DNA of 29,360 bases from Opitutales bacterium (lineage in GTDB: Bacteria; Verrucomicrobiota; Verrucomicrobiia; Opitutales; Coraliomargaritaceae). The stretch spans positions 1 through 29,360 of the forward strand of contig JBMYNR010000019.1 of the NCBI GenBank assembly GCA_049598495.1. The letters are read 5' to 3'. The notes below the pieces were generated by a model. That model saw only the letters and a program-made list of their open reading frames with translations, was not told where the DNA came from and made no database searches. Made by a program: the position numbers and the translations under genes. Each line of letters begins with the position of its first letter. Position 1 is the stretch's first letter. Shown here piece by piece: positions 8,845-19,271 of the stretch.

Positions 8845-10944
8845 ATGTATTTAACGCCACAACACGACCAAAAACGCACCCTGCGGCATGGCATGCCCGC
8901 CCACACGATCGGGACGAGTCTTCTCGCCGCTACACTGGCTTTCTCAAGTGCCTTCGCCGAGGGCAGTGAAACAGGCGTGGAGGAGGAAATCTATGTGCTC
9001 GAGGACTTTGAGGTCCGCGCCCAATTCCTCTACAAAGATCAGGTCAACGCGTTGAAGACGCCGACACCTATTCTTGATGTGCCGCAGAGTCTTTCGATCA
9101 CCACCGCAGACGAGATTGCACTTCGTGGCTTTGACAGCGTTGGCGACATCGTTGACTACACACCGGGCGTAAACAACGGGCAGGGTGAAGGTCACCGCGA
9201 CGCAGTCGTCTTCCGCGGTGTGCGCTCAACTGCCGACTTCTTTGTCGATGGCATGCGCGATGACCTACAATATTATCGGCCTCTCTACAACGTCGAGCAG
9301 CTCGAAATACTTCGCGGGCCCAACGCACTACTCTTTGGCCGCGGTGGCACAGGCGGCATTCTCAACCGAGTCATGAAGAAGGGCGTCATCGGCGAGCACT
9401 TCAACGAATACCAGATCAGCGTGGATACCTTTGGTGCTTACAGCGCACAGATCGACAGCAACCTCACGATCGATGAAAACGCTGCTTTCCGCGTCAACGC
9501 CTTTTACGAAAGCCTCGATAATCATCGCGACGGTTACGATGGTGAGCGCTTCGGTGTGAGCCCGACCGCACACTTCAAGCTGGGCGAGAAGACACGTGTC
9601 GACGTCTCCTACGAGTATAACGACAACGAGCGTTTCGTCGACCGTGGTATCCCTACTGGAGGCGATGGCAAGCCGGCTAGCGAACTGAGTGAGATCTTCT
9701 TCGGTGACCGCGACGAAGCGGATGCGACTTTCGAGGCCCACGTGCTACGCGCCGCCCTCCAGCACCGCTTCTCTGATGAACTGAAGGGACGCCTCGACCT
9801 CGCCTACGGTGACTACGAAAAACACTATGCGAATTTCTACGCCACCGCCTATAATGAGGGCGCCGAGGAAGTCACCTTGAGCGGTTACGAAGACGGGACC
9901 GCACGCGAGAGCATCACAGTGGCAGGGGGCCTGATTGGCGATTTTGAGACGGGCTCGATCGGTCACACCGTCATTGCGGGTGCCGAATACATCACCAGCA
10001 AGAACGACAACTTCCGCAACCGTCCGGCATCGGACACGACCCTTTCGCTGGATGCGCTCGGTGGCTTCAGCGGCACCTTCCCCAGCTTCGGCGATCGGAC
10101 AGAAGCCGATCTGGATGTCGTCTCTCTTTTTCTACAAGACGAAATCGCTCTGACAGATAGCCTCGATCTCGTGCTTGGGCTCCGCTTCGACCGTATCGAC
10201 TTTGAGGTCGATGTCTTTGACAACGTAGGCGATTCCACAAAGCAGAACCAAGTCGACGAGGAGATCACCCCGCGCCTCGGCCTTGTTTACAAGCCGAAGG
10301 AAAACGTCTCGCTCTACGCCAGCTACAGCCAGAGCTTCCTTCCGAAGAGTGGCGAACAATACGCTAGTGTGAGCGCGACCAACTCGAACCTTGATCCAAA
10401 TGAATACACCAACCTCGAGGCGGGGATCAAATGGGACTTTAATCCCCGTATGAGCTTTACCGCAGCGATCTTTGAAGCGCAGGAGGACGTGACCATATCA
10501 ACCGGCGGAGGCTCGACAGAGGAGCAAGAAGCGGAGATCCAAGGCTTCGAGGCGCAGTTGCAGGGTCAAATCACCAATGATTGGTTCATCGTGGCCGGCT
10601 ACGGTTACCTGACCGGCGAGGAAGAAAGTGGCAACCGACCACGTGAACTTCCTAAGCACAGCTTCTCTATTTGGAACAAGTATCACCTCGGCGACAAGTT
10701 CGCGGTCGGCCTCGGCGCTGTCTATCAGGACAAGACCTACATCCAGGACGACCGGGACACCGAACTCCCGAGCTTTCTCCGCGTCGACGCAGCGGCTTAC
10801 TACCAGATCAACGAGAACCTTCGCCTCCAGGTAAATATCGAAAACCTCTTCGACGAAGCATACTACCCACACGCACACAGCGATCATCAAGTCACCGTCG
10901 GTGCGCCGATCCACGCGCGCTTCGCCCTCACCGGCCGCTTTTAG
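8845..10944 (+). CDS. TonB-dependent outer-membrane receptor, siderophore-receptor type
   Basis: Signal peptide; plug motifs KTPTPILDVPQSLS, DFFVDG, EQLEILRGPNALLFGRGGTGGILN; barrel end QVNIENLFDEAY and terminal Phe. Confidence 0.93.
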   Translation: MYLTPQHDQKRTLRHGMPAHTIGTSLLAATLAFSSAFAEGSETGVEEEIYVLEDFEVRAQFLYKDQVNALKTPTPILDVPQSLSITTADEIALRGFDSVGDIVDYTPGVNNGQGEGHRDAVVFRGVRSTADFFVDGMRDDLQYYRPLYNVEQLEILRGPNALLFGRGGTGGILNRVMKKGVIGEHFNEYQISVDTFGAYSAQIDSNLTIDENAAFRVNAFYESLDNHRDGYDGERFGVSPTAHFKLGEKTRVDVSYEYNDNERFVDRGIPTGGDGKPASELSEIFFGDRDEADATFEAHVLRAALQHRFSDELKGRLDLAYGDYEKHYANFYATAYNEGAEEVTLSGYEDGTARESITVAGGLIGDFETGSIGHTVIAGAEYITSKNDNFRNRPASDTTLSLDALGGFSGTFPSFGDRTEADLDVVSLFLQDEIALTDSLDLVLGLRFDRIDFEVDVFDNVGDSTKQNQVDEEITPRLGLVYKPKENVSLYASYSQSFLPKSGEQYASVSATNSNLDPNEYTNLEAGIKWDFNPRMSFTAAIFEAQEDVTISTGGGSTEEQEAEIQGFEAQLQGQITNDWFIVAGYGYLTGEEESGNRPRELPKHSFSIWNKYHLGDKFAVGLGAVYQDKTYIQDDRDTELPSFLRVDAAAYYQINENLRLQVNIENLFDEAYYPHAHSDHQVTVGAPIHARFALTGRF

Positions 10945-10976
10945 GAACCGATCCATCAACCATCATCTTATCATCC

Positions 10977-11006
10977 GGGGCCGGCCATTTTGGTCGGTCC
11001 CTTCTT
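10977..11006 (+). terminator. Hairpin, possibly a weak terminator, between the receptor and the ABC genes
   Basis: GGGGCCGGCCA-TTT-TGGTCGGTCCC followed by TTCTT. Confidence 0.5.
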
Positions 11007-11053
11007 GCGTTTAATTCATTTTTCTATCCGATACACGCACTTCACATTGACCC

Positions 11054-11962
11054 ATGAAGCCAACCACACCCATTTCTCTCCTTCTATCTCTCGTTCTATC
11101 TCTCGGCCTCCTAATCGGCTGCAGCTCGCAACCGGAAGAGAGCGCTGAAAACTCCGTCTCGACCATCATCGTCGCGATGGAGCCGGACAAAGATCCCGAT
11201 GCCATGCTCGAGGACCGCAGCGCCCTGCAAAGCTACCTCAGCGAGCAGACCGGCAAGCCCGTCGAAGCCATGGTGCCGATCAGCTCCGCGGTCATCTACG
11301 AGGGTCTGCGTAACGGCAGCATCGATATTGCCTATCTGAGCGCGACCGCGGCCGCCAAACTCGTAGAAAACGATGTTATCGATATCCTGCTGGCCGAATT
11401 GATCGATGGGGTGCCCCATTACCAGAGCTATTGGATCACCCTGAAGGACGCACCCTACGAGAGTGTCCTCGACCTCAAAGGCAAAGCGATCGCTTTTTCC
11501 AGCCGCACCAGCACCTCCGGTTTTCTCATACCGGTCTGGGATCTCTATACCCAAGGCCTGATCGATCTGAAAAACGGCCCTGAAGGTTTTTTCGGCAAAG
11601 GTAATGTATTTTACGGGGTCGGTTACGTTTCCGCCGCGGAGCGGGTGCTTGATGGCAGTGCCGAAGCTGCGGCCGTTAGTTACTATGTGCTCGATAAGGA
11701 TAAACATCTCGACGAGGCACAACGCAGCCGCCTGCGCATGCTCGATTCACAGGGTCCCGTGCCCAGTCATGTGGTGGTTGTCCGAAAAGGCCTGCGCGAC
11801 GATGACAAAGTACTCGTTCAAAAAGCACTCCTCCAAATGAATATCGAAGCCATCGAATTACGGGATCGCATCTTCGGCGCTGAACTCACGCCTGCCGACG
11901 CAGCCACGCACTTGCAGACCACCCGCGAGGCGCTCGAGATCAGCCGCACCATGCAGTTCTAG
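11054..11962 (+). CDS. PhnD-family (phosphate/phosphite/phosphonate) ABC substrate-binding lipoprotein
   Basis: Lipobox LIGC; DLKGKAIAF, STSGFLIP, PVPSHVVVVR; followed by PhnC- and PhnE-like genes. Confidence 0.85.
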   Translation: MKPTTPISLLLSLVLSLGLLIGCSSQPEESAENSVSTIIVAMEPDKDPDAMLEDRSALQSYLSEQTGKPVEAMVPISSAVIYEGLRNGSIDIAYLSATAAAKLVENDVIDILLAELIDGVPHYQSYWITLKDAPYESVLDLKGKAIAFSSRTSTSGFLIPVWDLYTQGLIDLKNGPEGFFGKGNVFYGVGYVSAAERVLDGSAEAAAVSYYVLDKDKHLDEAQRSRLRMLDSQGPVPSHVVVVRKGLRDDDKVLVQKALLQMNIEAIELRDRIFGAELTPADAATHLQTTREALEISRTMQF

Positions 11963-11968
11963 CGAGTG

Positions 11969-12703
11969 ATGCCGAAATCCGGACAGACACCCGTGCTTTC
12001 GGCACGCGGTCTTGGCTTCCGCCGCGGGGAGCGCTGGCTCTTCCGCGGGATCGACCTTGATCTATACGCGGGGGATTTCCTAGCATTGGTGGGCCCCTCC
12101 GGTGTTGGCAAAAGCACACTCATGTCCTGCCTCTGCGGCTTGCTCAAACCGACCGAGGGCGAGGTCATTCTCCACCTAGGCGATCAGACGGGCGCGCCCC
12201 CAAAAGAACTCAGCCGCCATCTCGGAATTGTTTACCAGGAGCTTCAACTCACCCCCAACGCCGACTTGCTAACCAATGTGCTCTGCGGCCGGCTCGGGCG
12301 TTTTTCCTGCCTGCGCACCCTCCTCGGCTTCCCCAAGAGTCTACGCCAGGAGGCCTATCAATTGCTCTGCGAGCTCGGCGTCGGAAACGAGCCGCGCAAA
12401 TGGCTCGGCCATATGTCGGGGGGCGAGAAACAGCGGGTCGCCGTAGCGCGGGCCCTCTTCCAGCAACCGGAGTTTTATTTTGTCGATGAGCCCGTCTCCA
12501 GTCTCGACGCTTACTACGCAGGCCGTGTCCTCGGCCTGCTGCGTCAGGAAGCCGACGAGAAATCGAAACCTGTCGTCTGCATTCTGCACAATGCTGAACA
12601 CATTCAACGCTTCGCCGATGTCGCGCTGAGCCTGAACCCGAACGATCCGACGGCGCATAAACTCCGTCGGGTGCGCCCAGAAGAAAGCGAGGCCTCCAAA
12701 TGA
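11969..12703 (+). CDS. phnC: PhnC-like ABC ATPase
   Basis: Walker A GPSGVGKS, PhnC-type NVLCGRLG, signature MSGGEKQR, Walker B FVDEP, H-loop ILH. Confidence 0.85.
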   Translation: MPKSGQTPVLSARGLGFRRGERWLFRGIDLDLYAGDFLALVGPSGVGKSTLMSCLCGLLKPTEGEVILHLGDQTGAPPKELSRHLGIVYQELQLTPNADLLTNVLCGRLGRFSCLRTLLGFPKSLRQEAYQLLCELGVGNEPRKWLGHMSGGEKQRVAVARALFQQPEFYFVDEPVSSLDAYYAGRVLGLLRQEADEKSKPVVCILHNAEHIQRFADVALSLNPNDPTAHKLRRVRPEESEASK

Positions 12704-13545
12704 GCCCGATCCCACCAGCCAATGATGGCCGACCACGCCGACTGCCCGAGACGCCCTGGTATCAACGGCTCAACCTGCTCAACACCATTCTTCTTATCTT
12801 CCTGCTAGCCGTTATCTTCAGCGGCAGCCAAATCGAGGGTAGTGAGCGCAATCTTGATGTTTGGCAGAATCTTGGAGGCTTCCTCCGCGACTTCTTTCCG
12901 CCCGATCTCTCCGTGCTGGGACAGACCGGCTCCGCCCTCGTGGAAACACTTGAGATCGCCATCCTTGCAACATTCCTAGCCATCATTCTCTCGATGGTCA
13001 TCGGCCTCGGCGCTGCCCAAACCATCGCACCAAAATGGCTCGTACTCACGATGCGGATGCTCCTCAATATCATCCGCACCATCCCCAGCCTGATATGGGC
13101 GGTCATCGCCGTAGCCGCTATGGGTGCCAACGCACTCGCGGGAGTGGCTGCGCTTACACTCTACAGCACCGGCTATCTGGGAAAGTTCTTCAGTGAGGCC
13201 TTCGAGTCCGTCGACATGAAAGTGGCGCGCTCCCTCCGCGGGATCGGTGCCGACCCGCTACAGGCCTTTCAATATGGCATCTGGCCTCACGCCAAACCCA
13301 TCATCTGGAGCCACTGTATCTGGATGCTCGAATACAATATCCGCTCCGCCAGTATCATCGGATATGTCGGCGCAGGCGGGCTTGGCCTCCAACTACACGC
13401 CTATCAGGAATTCCATCAATGGGATCGTTTTGCTACTGTCCTCATATGCATCCTCCTCGTTGTCACCATCCTGGACCTCCTCAGTGAACGGATCCGTCAA
13501 CGAATCACCCGGCGGGGCGCGCCTACCCGACCTTTGACGGATTAG
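12700..13545 (+). CDS. phnE: PhnE-like ABC permease
   Basis: FFPPD, ETLEIA, RTIPSLIWA, GKFFSEAFE, EYNIRSASIIGYVGAGGLG. ATGA overlap with phnC. Confidence 0.88.
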   Translation: MSPIPPANDGRPRRLPETPWYQRLNLLNTILLIFLLAVIFSGSQIEGSERNLDVWQNLGGFLRDFFPPDLSVLGQTGSALVETLEIAILATFLAIILSMVIGLGAAQTIAPKWLVLTMRMLLNIIRTIPSLIWAVIAVAAMGANALAGVAALTLYSTGYLGKFFSEAFESVDMKVARSLRGIGADPLQAFQYGIWPHAKPIIWSHCIWMLEYNIRSASIIGYVGAGGLGLQLHAYQEFHQWDRFATVLICILLVVTILDLLSERIRQRITRRGAPTRPLTD

Positions 13546-13558
13546 AGCAAAACCCTTC

Positions 13559-13656
13559 TAACCCGAAACACACTGTATTTCGACAGAAATACACAAGCCA
13601 TCCATCCACATTCATTTAAACAATTTTGCTAACAGGCTGGTGAGATGTTCGGGCTA
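13559..13656. mobile_element. 98-bp mini-MITE with the same termini as the 247-bp MITE
   Basis: TAACCCGAA ... TTCGGGCTA; CTAA on both sides of the CCC/GGG ends. Internal hairpin TGTATTTC-GACA-GAAATACA. Confidence 0.65.
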
Positions 13657-13790
13657 ACGCTTTTTTTGACCACTAAAACACGCTAAAAGAACGCTAAATT
13701 CTGAGTTATGAGTCTTGCTCCGTCAATGTGTAGCCAACATTGAGCGCCATATCTCGGTTGGAAAACTCGCGCGCCAAAGAAGCAAAAGCC
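13657..13790 (-). repeat. Repeat family B copy 3
   Basis: Reverse complement reads GCTTCTTTGG...CAACCG...GCTCAAT...GGAGCAAGACTC...TTTAGCGTTCTTTTAGCGTGTTTTAGTGGTCAAAAAAAGCGT, collinear with 3043-3171. Confidence 0.8.
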
Positions 13791-13802
13791 CGCCTGACGA
13801 AC

Positions 13803-13828
13803 GGCGGTCTTGGCAAGACCGCCCTACC
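13803..13828 (-). repeat. Single GTAG-tagged REP-like palindrome
   Basis: Reverse complement GGTAGGGCGGTCTTGCCAAGACCGCC. Confidence 0.7.
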
Positions 13829-14031
13829 TCACCAAGCCCACTACAAACAGGTATAAGTAGAGTCGAAGAGAGATTGGAGCGGCCGACGGCTGATAATGAA
13901 GCACTCAGCTGTAGCATCCAGCGTGAGCTGAATGAAGACCTTGGATCCGATTGATACCACCTCAAAAAAGTGGTCGCAGATACTCCGAACATCCCCAAGT
14001 GGCCCCGCAGGTGAAAGCCAGGCAAGCATCA

Positions 14032-15162
14032 TCACTGAATGGGACGCATCGGAACGAGTTCGATCAGAGTCATCTCGGTCGGACAATTGAATCGCAGCGG
14101 CGGCAGGCCGCCGCGACGATTCGATCCTGCGCCCGCTGAAACATTGAGATAGGGGATTCCTACGCGGCGAAAGCCCTTCGCCCATTCCTTGGGCACTTCG
14201 CTGTAAATGACCAGGGGCCCGATGAAGGGCAGATTAACTTGTCCGCCATGAGTGTGCCCGGCCAAGCAGAGATCGATCGGTGCCTCAGCTACCGCGAGTG
14301 CATAGTCAGGGGAATGCCCGAATAGAATCCGAAAATCATTCGCATCGCTCTGCTCGAGCCAGGGCTCCACTGAACGCATGGCCCACTCGCCCGATTTTGA
14401 TTGATAGAGGCTGAGCCCATGCAGGCTGATCGCTCCTCTACCCACTTGAATGCGTTGCTCTCGAGAGGAGAGCATCACAAGCGGCTTGAGGGCATCCGGC
14501 CGCAAGCGGTAGAGCTCGCGTTCGGTATCACCAAAGACCGCGAAGCTACCCAGCCGTGGGTTTACCCGTTGAATCAGCGCGTGCAGTTTTGACCACTCGC
14601 TCTCAAAGGTCGCCGGCGCCACCACCTGTAAAAAGTCACCCGTATTGAGAATCAAATCCGGCTCGAGAGCTTCAATCTGTTTGAAGATCGCCTCTTGATA
14701 CGCGCCCACCGATCCTGCCTGAATATCGGAGATATGCAGGAGTCGCACCACTTGATCGAGCTTCGGGGTTTCCAAGCGTACCCGATGAATGACCAGCCGT
14801 TCGGGTTCGACATAAGTCACATAGTAACGAAGTAGAAATAGATCGACACAGAGAAAGGCGTAGATTCCACCGAGCCATAGGAGCCCCTTCCGAGAGCTGC
14901 GCCAAGCCAGGGCCAGCCCGGCGCAAACCAACGCGATGATTAGAAGGATCAGCGGCAACTCGAAGAGATTGAAATCATAGGCCTCATGGATGAGCTCAAA
15001 ATTGGGCGCCAGCATTCCGGCTTGTATGTAGAGATAATTGCGCGCGCACACATAGACGAAGAGGATCAGACCAACCAAGGCACCCATCTTCCAAATGCCA
15101 CCACCCCGCTCGCGCGAGCCGACATCGGTCATGCCGAGCCCCCTCATCGAGTTGATACTCAT
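14032..15162 (-). CDS. Membrane-anchored calcineurin-like metallophosphoesterase (YkuE-like) with altered motifs
   Basis: N-terminal TM helices, then HISDIQ, PDLILNTGD, GDTE, HSPD, LAGHTHGGQ, PLRFNCPTE. ATGA overlap with the upstream gene. Confidence 0.85.
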   Translation of the reverse strand: MSINSMRGLGMTDVGSRERGGGIWKMGALVGLILFVYVCARNYLYIQAGMLAPNFELIHEAYDFNLFELPLILLIIALVCAGLALAWRSSRKGLLWLGGIYAFLCVDLFLLRYYVTYVEPERLVIHRVRLETPKLDQVVRLLHISDIQAGSVGAYQEAIFKQIEALEPDLILNTGDFLQVVAPATFESEWSKLHALIQRVNPRLGSFAVFGDTERELYRLRPDALKPLVMLSSREQRIQVGRGAISLHGLSLYQSKSGEWAMRSVEPWLEQSDANDFRILFGHSPDYALAVAEAPIDLCLAGHTHGGQVNLPFIGPLVIYSEVPKEWAKGFRRVGIPYLNVSAGAGSNRRGGLPPLRFNCPTEMTLIELVPMRPIQ

Positions 15163-15617
15163 GGTGCTATCTGCCTCCGCAACAGAAGCCGAATACCAAA
15201 AGGGATCAAGGCGAGCGCACCAAGAAACCAACAAAGCGTGAGCTCAAACGGAGCGCGAAAACCGCCGCGCAAGGCTTTCTGATAAAGCATGACCCCCACG
15301 AACAAGTTGATTATTTGAAAATTACAAAACAACAGGAGGAAGGCAATCGGGTGAGTAGCAAACTCGCGCACCGCCGCATAGCTTGCCGCAGGAACGGGCT
15401 GGGAAAAGCCCCCCACCTCGTAGAACCTCCAGAGCAGGACGAGCAGCACCAAGGAATAGAGCGGCACAACCAGCCAGGGTTGCGCGACTCGGCGCAGGTA
15501 ATGCGCCTTGGGAAACGCAATCATCGCAATCCAGAACGGCGCTGTCATCAAAGTGATGAACAAGAAGGACGCATCCAGATCTTCCGCTGCAAAAATATCG
15601 ATCAACCAAATCGGCAT
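15159..15617 (-). CDS. ABA4-like / DUF4281-type membrane protein (divergent)
   Basis: 152 aa, about 4 TM helices; PFWIAMIAFP and NLFVG resemble the family's PFW..M...P and DLFVG pattern, recalled from memory. Confidence 0.6.
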   Translation of the reverse strand: MPIWLIDIFAAEDLDASFLFITLMTAPFWIAMIAFPKAHYLRRVAQPWLVVPLYSLVLLVLLWRFYEVGGFSQPVPAASYAAVREFATHPIAFLLLFCNFQIINLFVGVMLYQKALRGGFRAPFELTLCWFLGALALIPFGIRLLLRRQIAP

Positions 15618-15630
15618 GGCGCTAAGCAGG

Positions 15631-15708
15631 TTGAGTGTAGCGAGTGTTGAGAGAGGAGTTTTCCTGCATCCAATTCACCATTCAAAATTCACGACTCAGC
15701 ACTCAAAA
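15631..15708. repeat. Hairpin with 7-nt periodic arms between purC and the ABA4-like gene
   Basis: ATTCACC ATTCAAA ATTCACG ACTCAGC ACTCAAA (15673-15707) opposite TTGAGTG...GAGTGTTGAGAGAGGAGT (15631-15659). Confidence 0.7.
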
Positions 15709-16617
15709 TCACCCCGTGATCTTTGCATAGGCTTCAACGTAGCGCTCGAGAGTTCCCGCAAGTACCTCATTCGGCAGGGGCGGCGGTGGAGGTGTCTTAT
15801 CCCAGTCCAGCGAATCAAGATAATCGCGCACGAATTGCTTATCGTAGGATGGCTGGGCACCACCCGGGCGATAACTCGCCTTGGGCCAGTAGCGGGAGGA
15901 GTCGGGTGTCAGAATTTCATCAATCAGATAGAGCGCGCCCGATTCATCAGTCCCGAATTCAAACTTTGTGTCCGCGAGGATGACATCGGCAGCCTCAGCG
16001 CCGGCAACCCCCATTTTGTAGAGTGCGATACTCAGGTCGTGCACCCGTTGAAAGAGCTCCTCGCCGATCAGCTTGGCCGCATCGGCACAATCGATCGGCA
16101 TATCATGTCCACTCGCTACCTTCGTGGTCGGCGTAAACAATGGCTCCGGCAACTGGCTGCTCTCCTCCAGACCGCTGGGCAGCTCGTATTCGAAGAGCCG
16201 TCCCGTTTCATTGTAGGCCTTCCAACCGGAGCCGGATAAATAGCCGCGCACGACCGCCTCGATCGGCAGCGGCTTCAATTTCTTCACAATCATGCTCCGG
16301 TATTGCAGTTCGGGATATTGCGCACCCAGCGCCGCGATCCGCGCCGCATGCTCGTCCACCAGATGATGCTGAGTAATCGCCCCGGCCCGCATAAACCAGT
16401 AGAGGCTAATCTGCGTGAGCAGGATTCCCTTGCCCGCCAGCCCCTCGTTCATCACGACATCGAAGGCCGAGACACGATCCGTCGCCACCATAAGGAGCGC
16501 ATCTCCCATGTCGAAGACCTCACGCACCTTGCCCGCTGCGACCAGCGGATAAGGAAGATCCTCGATCTTAAGGAGCGCCTCATCCGGCATCGGAAACGGT
16601 AAATCAAAATCTGCCAT
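15709..16617 (-). CDS. purC: SAICAR synthase
   Basis: GKVREVF, ATDRVSAFD, PIEAVVRGYLSGSGW, FTPTTK, ADTKFEFG, DEILTPDSSRYW, DKQFVRDYL. Confidence 0.97.
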   Translation of the reverse strand: MADFDLPFPMPDEALLKIEDLPYPLVAAGKVREVFDMGDALLMVATDRVSAFDVVMNEGLAGKGILLTQISLYWFMRAGAITQHHLVDEHAARIAALGAQYPELQYRSMIVKKLKPLPIEAVVRGYLSGSGWKAYNETGRLFEYELPSGLEESSQLPEPLFTPTTKVASGHDMPIDCADAAKLIGEELFQRVHDLSIALYKMGVAGAEAADVILADTKFEFGTDESGALYLIDEILTPDSSRYWPKASYRPGGAQPSYDKQFVRDYLDSLDWDKTPPPPPLPNEVLAGTLERYVEAYAKITG

Positions 16618-16702
16618 GGCTCCTAGATGAGCATCTAAAGCCCTCTGCGCAAACGGTTTCTATTCGCAAAATTGAAAAAATGTATAATTTTCAAAAAAAA
16701 AC

Positions 16703-16730
16703 TTGCAGAGCATAAGGCGAAACGTAGCTT
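16703..16730 (+). promoter_or_regulatory. Candidate tRNA promoter
   Basis: TTGCAG-N16-TAGCTT, preceded by A-tracts, 18 nt before the tRNA. Confidence 0.45.
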
Positions 16731-16748
16731 CCGTGACTTCCTCCATAC

Positions 16749-16826
16749 CTCCCGTTCGTCTAGCCCGGTCTAGGACACCTGGTTTTCATCCAGGCAACAG
16801 GGGTTCGAATCCCCTACGGGAGGCCA
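16749..16826 (+). tRNA. tRNA-Glu (TTC)
   Basis: Acceptor stem CTCCCGT/ACGGGAG, anticodon arm CCTGG-TTTTCAT-CCAGG, T-arm AGGGG-TTCGAAT-CCCCT, encoded CCA. Confidence 0.97.
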
Positions 16827-16830
16827 TTTT

Positions 16831-16866
16831 AAAGAGCTTCTGATTTCAAAATCAGGAGCTCTTTTT
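16831..16866 (+). terminator. Terminator after tRNA-Glu
   Basis: AAAGAGCTTCTGATTT-C-AAAATCAGGAGCTCTTTTT. Confidence 0.8.
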
Positions 16867-16963
16867 CTATATAACGATAATTTCTGGGGATGAGAACCCC
16901 CTTGGGTGTGGTCCGATTTGCTTCGCCATCGGGCTTCACCCGTAGCAAAGGAAGATCAAAGTC

Positions 16964-17038
16964 CGTAGGGGTGTTGCTTGCCACGCCCGACATCCCGGCT
17001 CCTCCCATACGACGGGTGCCGCAAGCGACACCCCTACG
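16964..17038. repeat. Inverted GTAG-REP doublet (REPIN-like)
   Basis: CGTAGGGGTGTTGCTTGCCACGCCCG ... CGGGTGCCGCAAGCGACACCCCTACG; arms match 22/26 and each arm is internally palindromic. Confidence 0.85.
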
Positions 17039-17040
17039 AT

Positions 17041-17059
17041 CTACGGGAGGCCATTTTAA
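17041..17059 (+). repeat. Direct repeat of the tRNA-Glu 3' end (att-like)
   Basis: CTACGGGAGGCCATTTTAA is identical to 16814-16832 and is followed by a second terminator-like hairpin (17058-17091). Confidence 0.85.
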
Positions 17060-17124
17060 GCCTTCAAGGTGAACTTCTCGGAGGCTTTTTTGTGTCCAAA
17101 AATCATTCACGTTGATTAAGTTAA

Positions 17125-19134
<2,010 letters not shown>

Positions 19135-19159
19135 AATACATGGTAGCCCTCCCTCAGCC

Positions 19160-19189
19160 CCCTTATCCTAAGCCTGCTTAGGATAAGGG
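19160..19189. other. Perfect 14-bp inverted repeat after ligA
   Basis: CCCTTATCCTAAGC-CT-GCTTAGGATAAGGG, with no clear U tract. Confidence 0.7.
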
Positions 19190-19271
19190 TTAGGCTCGGA
19201 AGTCATTTCCTAGAGGTAGGTATAGATTAATATTGCTTATTATTAATTTATTTCGAATAATATATTCTTAT

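Noticed and set aside
16833..17040. Intact prophage or integrative element at tRNA-Glu
   Set aside because: Only about 210 bp lie between the repeats, with no integrase or credible ORF.
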